From Basidiobolus meristosporus CBS 931.73 (lineage: Eukaryota > Fungi > Basidiobolomycota): a stretch of DNA of 38,706 nt. The stretch spans positions 1-38,706 of the forward strand of contig MCFE01000761.1 in assembly GCA_002104905.1 (NCBI GenBank), read 5' to 3'. The position numbers and the translations under genes are program-made. The notes under the pieces were generated by a model, which did no database searches, had not been told where the DNA came from, and saw only the letters and a program-made list of their open reading frames with translations. Each line of letters begins with the position of its first letter. Within the stretch, counting starts at the first letter, position 1. This document shows positions 11,801 to 23,281 of the stretch, piece after piece.

Positions 11801-12199
11801 ACTTCCTATGCTGTCTGCATGCTCTATGGCTGAGGGCTTGCTACAATAGCCACATGGTCTTTTTCTCTTCTCTTACGGCATTGAATCGGAGCAGTCTTGT
11901 TCATGGGGCAAACTGTTTGACCTTCTTCAACAAAATGCTATTATATCACTCTTTGGTCAGTAATCATGTGAATTTAAGACAGTCTTGTATTTGAGACATT
12001 GCACCTACATGAATGTAAAGTTCAATGATGACCTGCCATAGTAAGCATTATAAACAAAGCTCTTCCCCACATACCCATTTGTATGTAACACTATTTTCTC
12101 TTTGATTTGATTCACTTCTGTATATATGCTGCCAAAAATAAAGTAAAATTGTCTGGTTCTCAGCCACATCCCACTGCTGACGGCAGCAGTAGAACCATT

Positions 12200-13310
12200 G
12201 GACAACAGCTTGTTTTGACATTCAGTGCATCAAGTGGGGCTACATTCAAAAAAGGCCATGTTTACACTGTGCCCATTAAAGGTAATGATACAGACTCCTC
12301 AGGCTCTCAGTCATGAAGGCAACTGAGAGTCTCTGTGGAGCCAAAAGTCACTATAATGCTAAGGCAGATAAGAGTGTAGTAAACGCCATACATTTAGTTG
12401 AAGATCATTGAGTAGCCATGATAACATCACCACCATCCATATCAGCAACTATGTTGTCAGCTCATACCAAAGCATTAATGAAGCAATTAGGTGCAGTGGA
12501 TTGTAGGATAGATGTGATGGCCCAGGGAAATTAGAAAATAGTCCAGGGAACAGGGTGAGTGGATACTATGTGTAGAGCATTCAATATCCCAGGTAGAGAA
12601 TGCTGTAACTTTGCTTCAAAGAAGGAGCACAAGAAACTCAATGTCACAGCCAAGAATTGAGCCATTTCCCAATGTAACAGCAGAGGAACACCATACAGTC
12701 TTTGAAGCACAACAACAGTACCAAAAGATAAAGCCCACAGAGAAACCTTGTTAATAAAAAAACTACTGCTTTCACAGGAGTTGGAAGTACAGGCAGTTGA
12801 GCTACACTTCAGCAAAGTAGATGAGTTTGCAGAGAAAGCAATTTGTCTACCATAGCCTCCACATCCACCATTGTTGAGAAAGTGAAGATCCTACTGACAG
12901 ACAAGGCTACAACATCAAGAACTCAAGAGATAATCACAATACCTTCAGTGTAATTTTGCAACATTAATAGGCACACTGAGAGGTTGCAACACTTTTTCAA
13001 GAGCAGTGCTTAAGAAAACACACTTAGATGTTCCAAGAACTCATTGTAAAGACCTGGCAGATGAGATGCTAGACCTTGTAGTGCCAGCTGAAGACCAGGA
13101 CATGTGGGAACCAGTGAATGAATAGTGGCATAATGCTGTTGGGCACCTGCCTGAGTCATGGAACGCGAGCATTGCAGCAGAAATACATATTGAGTGTTGG
13201 ATTTTACTGAAGTTACTTGTTGAATGTGGCATTGGGCTATATGTTAGTGTAGGATACAGGGACTTATTTAGTCAATCCATTAGGCAGTTGAGGTGCAACT
13301 GAAGTTTCAA
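12200..13310 (+). pseudogene. CMC element second gene, internally deleted copy
   Basis: Homologous to 23931..25868 but lacks about 870 bp after CCCACAGAGAAACCT (about 12750). The start is not determined. Confidence 0.7.
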
Positions 13311-15110
13311 CAGAAATAAACCATTTTGTATGCATAAAAAGTAAGAGAAACAATTGAGTCAGAAAGTAAGGAGAGTGCCAAAGAGGCAAGAGTCAATCAA
13401 TGTAGACAAGTGTAGGAGGTAATTGAATGTCTGGGATCAGAAAGTGAGCAATTTGGCAGGGAATCAATCAAAAGCTACCAATATACTGTTGTGATGAGAA
13501 ATTTTGCTCAAGTTCATGTGAAATTTGGGGTGCAATTATTTTTCAACGGTTGCTGCGCAGTGTCCTGATAAGATCAACACTTCTAAGTCATGGAACTCTA
13601 GGTCTGTGATGGCCTTTGGTGGGATCATCACAATAATTTCTTGTATGGTAGTACCAATTAGATCCCTTCATTTGCACTGTGCTCTTGCACATAATGCACA
13701 GTATTGATCCAAAAAATTATCAAACAGTGAACATTCTCTAAATATTCCTCTAGAGATTTGTAACTTGTTACAAAAATGCATGGCACTATCTTGGTCCACT
13801 GGAGCTATCTGGCACTTTATTTAGACATTGGGCCTGTAGTGAAACCTATGCAAAGCACTTATAGTGACAAATAGTATCAGTCAACTAAGTTAGCGCTTTA
13901 CACTTTTGTGACATGTTACAGAGTTTTTGGACCAAATTCAGAGTGTCAGAGTTACTCATTCCCACATTCATATCTTCAATCCTCTTGTGCAAATACCCAT
14001 GGTCCTCAACATTAATCCCAAGATATAGATATGCTGTGCACAAACATATCAAACTTACCAAATGTGACTCCATATTATGTTATCAACTCATCGGCTAAAG
14101 CATTACTAAGTGATTAGTCATATATGATCTACCCAACCACTTGGCAGCTACCAGGACATCAGCAGATATGATGATACAATTCTCATTTATCTTATGCACC
14201 CATTAACACCCATTGCAACTCTAATTAATCCAGTCTCTTGGCACTTACTAGTTCTTTTGGATCCAAGTGGTACAAATAAAGCTTACTGTGCCTCTTGGTT
14301 TAGTATGTTTCTCAACAAAATTCAGACTGTGTCTGAGCAAAAATAAGGTTCAACATTAGTATTCTAGCTTCTGCTCAAGCCTAGTATATCTAGCACTTCC
14401 AAGAACATTAAGTCTGTTGTGCATAGCCAACCATTTCCATTACCCTTATAGCCAAACAGAGCAAAATCCAGGACCAATGTTAGACCAGAATTTTTCTGGT
14501 ACTATTTCTACCACTCTCTCTCAAACCTAACATTCTGCACTGAATTGTCCCTTTGGCTCAGTTACATTGTTTAAGTGTTTGATTACATTTCTCACTTGAA
14601 TACAACAAGATTAAAGAATAGAGTTTCTCCAGTGCAACAGGTGAGACACCAGAGCTACTTTGGATGAAGATACTGAGCAAGGTTTCACCTTGAATGGCAA
14701 TGTACAGGTCTGCTACAACTCTCTGGTACTACTTGGCACTATTGGGCACTCATGGCACAATATGGCACTGAGTATCAGAACAATTTGTATAAGTATCTTG
14801 CAAACCATGGTTAAATGCTAATTATTCTGCCACTAATACCTCTGTACCATCTGATAGATGCAATATTGTGCACAGCCAATATATTCCTTCTTGCTGCAAT
14901 AACTTAGTCCTTGTTATTGGCCAACACTGATTCTTGATGACAAGAGTCCTCCATTGAGAGGTGCAGAAGTTGACCTGCACCTAGATGATACCTAGCATAC
15001 TTTGGTTAAGTTGTTCTATTCAAAGTAGTAGCATGGTGCATTCAACCCAACTATGTCTTACTTAATATATACTAATGTATTAGGCTGCTTAACTTTTAAT
15101 GCCAAAGGCA

Positions 15111-15177
15111 TCCCAATGAAAAACTGATTTGGTCATTCAGGTGAATCAAATCCATAGAAGTTGAGAAGATCCTGTAA
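15111..15177. mobile_element. Short CMC left-end fragment
   Basis: TCCCAATGAAAAAC...CAGGTGAATCAAATCC resembles 8708..8770. Confidence 0.5.
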
Positions 15178-15381
15178 TGTTCCGTTGGATAGTGCCACAT
15201 AGTGCCAGCCTGTTTATAGTGCCGGATTGATCTGGCACTCTACAGCACTATCTGGCACTATAATTTCTACCATGATGTCAGTAGTATGATACAGTTACTG
15301 GTAATTTTACTCAATCTTACTTATGTTGCTCAGACTAGTGCTTTTCTTGCTTTATTTACTCTTCATAATGCTCCAGACACA
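15178..15381 (-). mobile_element. PHIS right-end fragment lacking the terminal AGACT
   Basis: Near-identical to the reverse complement of about 2013..2216. Confidence 0.9.
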
Positions 15382-17235
15382 CTTTAAAATAACTTCAATT
15401 TATGCCCATTTTTTATTTCTGCCATGCTCTTGAGTGTCTGAGTGTCTCTCAAGACTCAGTCTTTGTCTTGTGGAACTGCACCCATGTATATCTTGTCTTG
15501 TCATCATTGAACACCATAAAATATCTTTTAGCTCCAAAGTAGAGTGTTTTCATGGGCTCACATATGCCTGAGTGCAAAATAGCCAGTGTTTTGGTGCAAC
15601 TAATGCCTGTTGAGCTCCTGAAACATTGCCAATCTGGCTTCCCATATGAACTTTCCTCAATGACACTTAACTTGATTGGCATTGAGCAGCTTTGGCCCAA
15701 AACAAGCTGATTTTTTACTAATTGGTTCATTCTCTGTTCTCCAATGTGCATTAGTCTCCTATGCCATGTCTCCCAGCTAGTTTCAATAGTTTCAGCAATG
15801 CTGACATACTTGGGTAGAGTAATATTGCATTGTAACTAGTGTATATTGCAATCTTGGATTCCCAAAGCTAATAATTGCCTATTGTCACTAAGTATTAACC
15901 AGCCTAGCTTAGTACAGACAAATTCCAATTACTGAGTAGTTGCTTTACCAACGGAGTGTAGGTACTTAGCTATTCAAGGTACATACACTATGTCAGTCAG
16001 TTTTGCTGTTGTTGCCCCCAAGATGTCACTCATATTTATCAGCATATACCCATGACCAGTAACTTCCAGTGCAGAGTTGTTTCCCAGATAACCTTTTTAC
16101 CGGAATTGTCTATAAGTAGCTGTGCCACTTTTTTATATTGCACTATGCTGTAATGCTCCAGAGTAGATACACCATTCACTATTTTGATTACTTGCAATCT
16201 CATGTACAGCTACAAATAACTGCTCATGTGTAGTTGTTTTGTTTGCCTGCTTTAGTTTCTGTTTTTTGTCTGCTTGGCTCCTCATGCATTCTTTTGCCCA
16301 GTGCCCTGGCTTCTTTCAGTGGATATAATAAGCAGGTTTTCTTTGGTTTTGTTGTTTCCATTATTTGCTGTGTGCCTTTCTGAGGTAAATCAAGTATTAT
16401 CTTCAATTTTCTCTACTTAATCATAATATCTGTGTTCTTCATGGAGAAGTCTTCCTTAAATATAGTCTAAGGTTAGTTCATTTTGTGTGCTATCAAAAGA
16501 AAGTATGTGTAGCTCATACTTCTCTGGTAAGCTGCAAAGCAGACAGAGTATCATTTCTTCATCATATTCACCAGGATTAATACTGCAAGGTTCTTCTGCA
16601 AGTGTCTCCATCCTGGTAAAGAGTTGTATCATGTTTTCATCTGGCTTCTTCTTCATGCAGAAGAGCTTTGTTTGAAATAAAGCTTGCTTGTTATTGACTT
16701 TGCTCTAACAATCTTCTCTAAGGGTTCCCATGCTGCTTTGGCAGTATTTCAAGCATTAATTTGTCCAATGAAGGAATCTTGTGCATTGATACATATGGCA
16801 TCAAAGGCCTTTCTCTTCTTCTGTCGAAACTTCTCCACTACTTTTGCTGTTACTTTGGGCACTGCATTTTTTCCTGATACTATATTCCAAAGAAATCTTT
16901 CCTCAAAGGTGGATCTGTATCTCAATTCTTCAAAATCTGTAGTTCTTCCTATCCAACCACTCCTTTACAGGGAAGACGTTTGTGTTGCACTGCTTGCGGT
17001 AGAAGGCATCCATAGAATACATCAAGGCAATTGTGCCTGATGAACTGTTGCAATATAAGAAGTAATTTGGATATACGGAACTTATCAAGAAATTGTGATA
17101 ATAGCTGAGCTGTTCTTATCATAAGGAAGCTCTGAATTTGTACCTTTGTGGAAGTAATACAACTGTAATGCTAAGTAAGGAAAGTTTTGCAACATTCAGG
17201 AGCACACTGTGACAGTTTCAAGGTTAATACATCAT
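15382..17235 (-). mobile_element. Ty1/copia family B, 5' part (partial 5' LTR 17046..17235, gag, protease, start of integrase), decayed
   Basis: The reversed LTR end lies at 17046. UBN2-type gag (LWNIVSG, TAKAAWE, LLCSLPEKYE), a zinc-knuckle remnant GHWAKEC, and integrase LHSGICEPM..YFMVFNDDKTRYTWV. Confidence 0.88.
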
Positions 17236-17546
17236 AGACTTGTTCCATTACACTGTGTCAGGGTGTGTGGTGCAATCAGCAGTCTCTGAAAACAGTTGGG
17301 TGCAATATTATAGCTACCAGTAGCAGGATTGCTCTTGGACAATTTTGCACCATGTGGTACAATCTTGCACACTATGGCACAATCTGGCACAATAAGGTTG
17401 GCTTGTATGATTGCACCAACTTGTAATGTTTGCATCACATGCACAATTGGATGCTGCTATTATGGTAGGTAAAATCCAGTACTTGGATATGTTTCTTTGA
17501 TGTAAATGGAAATAAATGTGTATCACACTTTGAGCTACACTAATAC

Positions 17547-17915
17547 TGTTGAAATATTGGACTATTTGGTATCATTCAGCAGCTAAAAATTTACTTAACA
17601 ATTCTAGGCTAGTCTTAGTCACTGTAGGACTCATTTACTGCCTTAACTTCGCCACTTTCTCCAGATATAAGATCTTATGATTATTCCCCTATAGTCAGGA
17701 TCAAATTAGCACTATTACCAAACATTATGTACTAACCCTGAAACTGTTACAGAATGCTCCTGAATATTGAGAAACCCTCCCTACTTAGTGTTGCAGCTGT
17801 ATTACTTCTACAAAGGTATAAATACTGAGCTTTGTTATGAATAAACAACAGTTCAACTATTATCACTATTTCTTGATAAGTTCCTTATATCCAAATCACT
17901 TCTTAAATTGCAACA
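17547..17915 (+). repeat. Solo LTR of copia family B with a 5-bp TSD (AATAC)
   Basis: AATAC on both flanks. The paralogous empty site is visible in PHIS copy 3 near 21910. Confidence 0.95.
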
Positions 17916-18228
17916 AATACTTAGCATTTTAGTTGCCATCACCTCAAATGGAAGGTATCTCAACAGTTCATTGGTCCAAAAGTATCCTGATGCTGCCAGC
18001 CACCAATTGGCTCTTTGACCAATACACAAGCTACCTGATATGCCATTAAATATCCCATTTTGCCCATTGTGCAAGCATATTCCTGATCCCAGTGATTGGA
18101 CAAGGTGTCATAGCTAGCACGCAAGCAATTGGGTAGGTCAAGGATTGGTAAGATTGTTTGGGGATTATCAAATTAAACAACATGCTTCACTGCTGGTTTG
18201 GAAGACCGTCTATTCTTTTGGGTTTCAG

Positions 18229-18581
18229 TCATCAAATCCCCTTACTCTCAGCTCATTCTTGATTTCAATACTTGTCTTGTTATATATCTTCTTACATACA
18301 TTGGCTGGCATCTTGATGTAAAACTCATGCCTCAGCTTTCTACTCAAATTCTTCCATCTTTGTTGACTCTCTGAGGTATCTAGTTCTGCCAGATTAATCA
18401 GTAGTGCCCAAATATCTGTATGAAGGCTCATGATAGACACTGGGGCCATACTAAAATCAATTGACAAGAACTCAAACGGATCCAACATCAACTTTTCCAG
18501 TCCTAGCCATGCTTGTGCACTGGGGGATGGATTTTGTCTGGATTGCACTAAAGATGAGTTGAGACTTGGCATGGGGACCAT
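18229..18581 (-). pseudogene. PHIS partner gene, copy 2, 3'-truncated
   Basis: Same protein as 203..700 up to RVRGFD, then 90 bp of unrelated sequence. Confidence 0.8.
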
Positions 18582-18939
18582 AGCAACAGATTTGAATACT
18601 TATACAGCAGTATATTGGCATCCACCTGGTCTTATATGAAATATATTTGAAAACTAATGTGATTGTTGAATTTCCCATATATTATGCATGATGCATCTTG
18701 GATTGCATTGACACAGATCAGATCACATCATTCGCTAATTTCCTATTAGATTATAGACCTATGAGTAAAGTAACAATAAAGTACAAAGGCATTGTTTGCG
18801 GATGGTTTTTGCAACATAATGATGGAATACATGACAATTGATGAAGATATAATCATTATGCATTGAAAGTCAGTTAAATAGCGCAGATTGCGCCAAATTG
18901 ATTCAAACCACCTCCATACAATCATCCACCAATTTTAAT

Positions 18940-19827
18940 ATGACTTACTAATTTGAATGGTCTTTTCTCATCAATCCCATCACTACCACTGGATTTCCTT
19001 TTGACAAACTAGAGGAGATCTAATCAAAGTACTGTGGACTAATCCTAACCCCAATATACTCAAGGAGATCCCTTGTGAAGCTTCTCTGCTATTACAAGAA
19101 CTATTGCCCTACAAGATTTCATCCCACCATCCATGGCAACAAAAGTCCTAGAAGCTTTCATTCCCAGCTGACAGCAATGGAGAACCACCATGCAGAGTGT
19201 ATGAATGACTTAGAGTAAGCTTGGAATACTAGGTTCAGAAGCTCCAATAGACTTCCATATCCCAGAGTGTTCAGCAACAGGTTCCATATGAGGAGTATTT
19301 TGGATACCTTCCCAGTAAGGATTAACAGACCTTCTAGAGGGCAGAGGCACTCTTATTCTGGCAAGTACAAGGCACACTGTGTGAAGTTTCAAGCACTGTC
19401 TGACATTGCAGGTAACATCATCTGGTTTAGTGGGCCATTTGCTGGAAGTAGGCATGACAAAGCACTCTGGGTAGAGAATCATCCTGAATTCAGTAGAGGG
19501 GAGAAATGTATGGCAGACTTAGCCTTTATAGGAGAGGATTATCTGAGATTAGGATGTATTACAGCATATAGGAAGCCAAGGTATGGTGTGCTTAGCAGGA
19601 GGCAGAAGCTCTACAATGAGATATTTAATCATTTCAGAGTGAGGGTAGAGCACACATTTGGATATCTGAAGAGATTCAGCATATTGGCAGGTAAATACAG
19701 AGGAAAGTCATATATAGGAGAAAACAGCAGAATAGGTAAAATAGTTAAGATACTTATTAATGCGCAGTATGCTCATACAAGAAGACATCCCCTGAGAGAA
19801 ATGTGTCTGGAGCATTATGAAGAGTAA
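18940..19827 (+). pseudogene. PHIS transposase pseudogene, copy 2
   Basis: Colinear with 1154..2038, with two in-frame TAA stops (19021, 19216). Confidence 0.9.
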
Positions 19828-20010
19828 ATAAAGCAAGAAAAGCACTATAATGAGCAACATAAGTAAGATTGAGTAAAATTACCAGTAACTGTATCATACT
19901 ACTGGCATCATAGTAGAAATTACAGTGCCAGATAGTGCTGTAGAGTGCCAGATCAATCTGGCACTATAAACAGGCTGGCACTATGTGGCACTATCCAACG
20001 GAACAAGTCT

Positions 20011-22220
20011 CTTATTTATCTGTTTTTCCATGTATTATGATTAAATCTCCATCAATTGCCATGTTTCCTATCATTATGTTGCAAATATCATCCTCAAGCA
20101 ATGACTTAGTATTTTTATTGATGCTTTGCTCACAAATCTGTAATCAAATAGGAAATCTGCAAATGATGGGACCTGATTTGTGTCAATGCAATCCAAGATG
20201 CATCATGCATAATATAAGGAAAACTCAACAATCACATTAGCTTTCATATGTATTTCATATAAGACCAGGTTAATGCCAATATACTACTGTGTAAGTATCC
20301 AAATCTGTCACTATGGTCCTTATACCAAGTCTCAACTCATCTTTAGTACAACCCTGACAAAACCCTTCCTCTAGCTCACAAGTGAGGTCTGGACCAGCAA
20401 AGTCAATGTAGAATCTGTTTGAGTTCTTGCCCAATGATTTTAGTATGGCCCAAGTGTCTGTGATGAGCCTTCTACAGATATTTGGGCACTACTCATTAAT
20501 CTAGCAGAGCTAGATACCTCAGAAAGCTGACAGAGATGGAAGAATTTGAGTAGAAAGCTGAGGCATGAGTTTTACATCAAGATGCCAGCCAATGTATGTA
20601 AGAAGATATATAACAAGACAAGTATTGAAATCAAGAATGAGCTGAGAGTAAGGGGATTTGATGAAGAAGCCGCGTGGGAGCAATTTCATGCGCAATTTGC
20701 ACAGTACAGTCCGGACGCATCCGTTTGTGCCTCAACATTGGGAACCAAAGAGATTTTGAATGAGTTTTTGCCTCAAATGACTAATGTACCACATGATATA
20801 TTAGTAGAGCTAAGTGGCTTCCAAGTGCAATATACACAGGACTCATCCAGGCAACAGCTCCAAAGTATCAGACAAAGGGTAAGTGAATACCTGAGGAAAT
20901 AGATGGTGAGCTTCAGGAGGAAGAATACAGACCGCAAGCAACATCGTCCAGATTACGCCCTGCATCAAGTCAATGCACATTGAGTCAACACACGTTGGGT
21001 CAATGCGCATGCTTCAGAGCAAAACTACCAGAACTTGCCAAACTGCTCATTTAGACACAAGTCCATTGGAGTGGACCAAGTCACATCAGCATGCAGCATG
21101 ACATTGAACTTGGCCAAGGGCCATCTCAATGTGTCAAGTCATGTCTGCATGTGCTGTTTTGCCTGACCATCAGCAAGTTACATCTGGTGAGCTGACGGAT
21201 GATGACCAACATGAAGTGCCTCAACCATCAGAGCCCTTGGCAAGTAAAAAAATGCATCAGCACATGGCACTCCAGGCCGGTTTAGTTGGTTCAGTCAGAG
21301 CAATTCAGCGCGGCCAAGCTGCAGCATTGCACTCATCAACTAGGAGGCAAAATACTGACTACAAATACACAAGTAGCCAAGATGATAGTCAGCCAGGAAG
21401 TAGTATAGGTGTGCAAAGTGAGTTGCTACCAAATGCTTCAGTAGTAATCCCTATGAGAAAAAAACCCAGGAGAAGATGATGCAATTGCTTTAAATTGAGA
21501 TTATTTGTAATGATCTCAACAACCCATTTATTTGCAATCCAAATTGAGCCATTGCAAATCAGTCATGATCAAATTTTTGATATAAGTAATATCAAGGTTG
21601 TCTCATATTTGAGACAGAACCCCTACAAATAAACACCCTGCATATATATACATCATCTGTAATACCAGTGCAGCTATTGGATCTGTTTTGCACCTACCCA
21701 ATTGCTTGCGTGCTAGCTATGACACCACGTCCAATCACTAGGATCAGGGATTTACTTGCTCAATGGGCAAAATGGGATATTTGATGGCAAATCAGGTAGC
21801 TTGTTTAGTAGTCAATGAGCCAATTGGGGGCTGCCAGCTTCAGGATACTTTTGGACCAATTAGCCACTGAGATACTGTCCAGTTGGAGTGATGGTAACCC
21901 AAATGGTAAGTATCAGTGTAGTTTATAGTGTGATACACATTTATTTCCATTTACATTAAAGAAACATATCCAAATACCGGACTTTACCTGCTGTAATAGC
22001 AATATCCATATGCGCACGTGATGCAAACATTACAAGTTTGTGCAATCATACATGCCAACCTCATTGTGTCAGATTGTGCCATAGTGTGCAAGATTGTCCC
22101 ACATAGTGCAAATTGTCCAAGAACAATCCTGCCTACTGGTAGCTATAATATTGCACCTGATTGTTTTTTACAACCGCAGATTGCACCGTGTGCACTGGCA
22201 CAGTACAATGGAACAAGTCT
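20011..22220 (-). mobile_element. PHIS left half in inverted orientation; contains the partner pseudogene (about 20410..21479, +) and the left TIR ending at 22220
   Basis: Reverse complement of the left half. ORF pieces 20546..20902 and 21129..21479, the latter ending MRKKPRRR. Confidence 0.88.
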
Positions 22221-23281
22221 AAAGTAGAATGCGCCAAATCAAATTAATACACCTCTCCCCAATGACCTACTAACTGTAATATGACCTACTCATCTGAATG
22301 GTTTTTTCTCATCATTCCCATCACCACCACTGGATTTCCTTTTGACACACTAGAGGAGATCAATACCAAGTACTGTGAACCATCTACCCCAATCTACTCA
22401 AGGAGATCCTTTGTTAAGCTTTTGTGCTATTACAAGAACTATTGCCCCACAAGGTCTCATCCCACCATCCATGGCAAAAATGTCCTGAAAGCTTTCATTC
22501 TCAGCTGACAGCAATGGAGAACCACCACCTATCATAGGGCATGAATGACTTAGAGCAAGCTTGGAATACTAGGATCAAAAGCTCCAATAGACATCCATAT
22601 CCCAGAGCGTTCAGCAACAGGTTCCACCTACAAAGCATTTTGGATACATTCCCAGTCAGGATTATCAGACCTTCTAGAGGGCAGAGGCACTCTTATTCTG
22701 GCAAGTGCAAGGCACACTGTGTGAAGCTTCAAGCACTGTCTGACTTTGCAGGTAGCAACATCTGGTTTAGTGGGCCATTTGCTGGAAGAAGGCATGACAA
22801 AGTACTCTGGGTAGGGAATCATCCAGAATTCTGTAGAGGGGAGAAATGTATGGCAGACTTAGCCTTTATAGGAGAGGATTGTCTGAGATTAGGATGTATT
22901 ACAGCACATAGGAAGCCAAGGAATGGTGTGATTGGCAGGAAGCAGAAGCTCTACAATGAGATATTTAATCATATCAGAGTGAGGGTGGAGCATATATTAG
23001 GATATCTAAAGAGATCCAGCATATTGGCCGGTAACTACAGAGGAAAGTCACATATAGAAGAAAACAGCAGAATAGGTAAAATAGTTAAGATATTTATCAG
23101 TGCACAGTATATTCAAAGAAGAAGACATCCACTGAGAGAAGTGTTTCTGGAGCATTATGAAGAGCAAATAAAGCAAGGAAAGCACTATTCTGCGCAACAT
23201 AAGTAAGATTAAATAAAATTATCAGTTACTAAATTCTACCACTTGCATTATGGTTGAAGTTATAATGTCAGATGATTTCAT
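22221..23281 (+). pseudogene. PHIS right half with a frameshifted transposase (22281..23206), truncated about 95 bp before the right TIR
   Basis: The ORF pieces 22281..22508 and 22541..23206 match the 294-aa transposase. Homology stops at the LTR starting at 23282. Confidence 0.88.

Larger units (their letters stand above)
9200..11881 (-). pseudogene. CACTA/EnSpm Tnp2 (Transposase_21)-type transposase pseudogene, interrupted by a solo LTR
   Basis: IQACVDSCMAF..CPNC, YIPVIPCL, IFDG, LALDGFS, SCWPLIL, GDTPAISK..HG..CARF, and HF*LHLA..EDISP..FWEF.VEQM*G (DUF4218-like). N-terminal RPCGYC near 11850. The 3' boundary is approximate. Confidence 0.85.
8708..13649 (-). mobile_element. CMC/EnSpm (CACTA-superfamily) DNA transposon, end-to-end decayed copy
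   Basis: Left end CTCCTGTGAAAAAT and right end ...TTTCTTGTATGGT fit the consensus CCCCTACGAAAAAT, built with the ends at 26204 and 32325. AG is duplicated at the target. Contains a Tnp2-type transposase (-) and a divergent second gene (+). Confidence 0.78.
8222..14787. mobile_element. Older copy of the PHIS-derived foldback MITE, split by the CMC element and a second insert (pieces 8222..8707, 13650..13740, about 14620..14787)
   Basis: The pieces align in order with the MITE at 33375..34108 (left arm, spacer, right arm). Joining 8707 to 13650 restores ATTGAGTACC. The ends are degraded; TAT lies on both flanks. Confidence 0.7.
17236..20010 (+). mobile_element. PHIS copy 2, with both TIRs, a solo-LTR insertion and a 1-kb deletion replaced by filler
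   Basis: Left TIR AGACTTGTTCCATT at 17236; right TIR ends at 20010. Inserted in a copia B LTR. Confidence 0.9.

Noticed and set aside
14000-14300. Possible gypsy RT remnant (IISADVLVAA on the minus strand)
   Set aside because: No YxDD or other RT motifs nearby; the similarity is too weak.
17030-17045. PBS of the minus-strand copia B element (GTTCATCAGGCAC)
   Set aside because: The match to the Met half-tRNA PBS is too poor to call.
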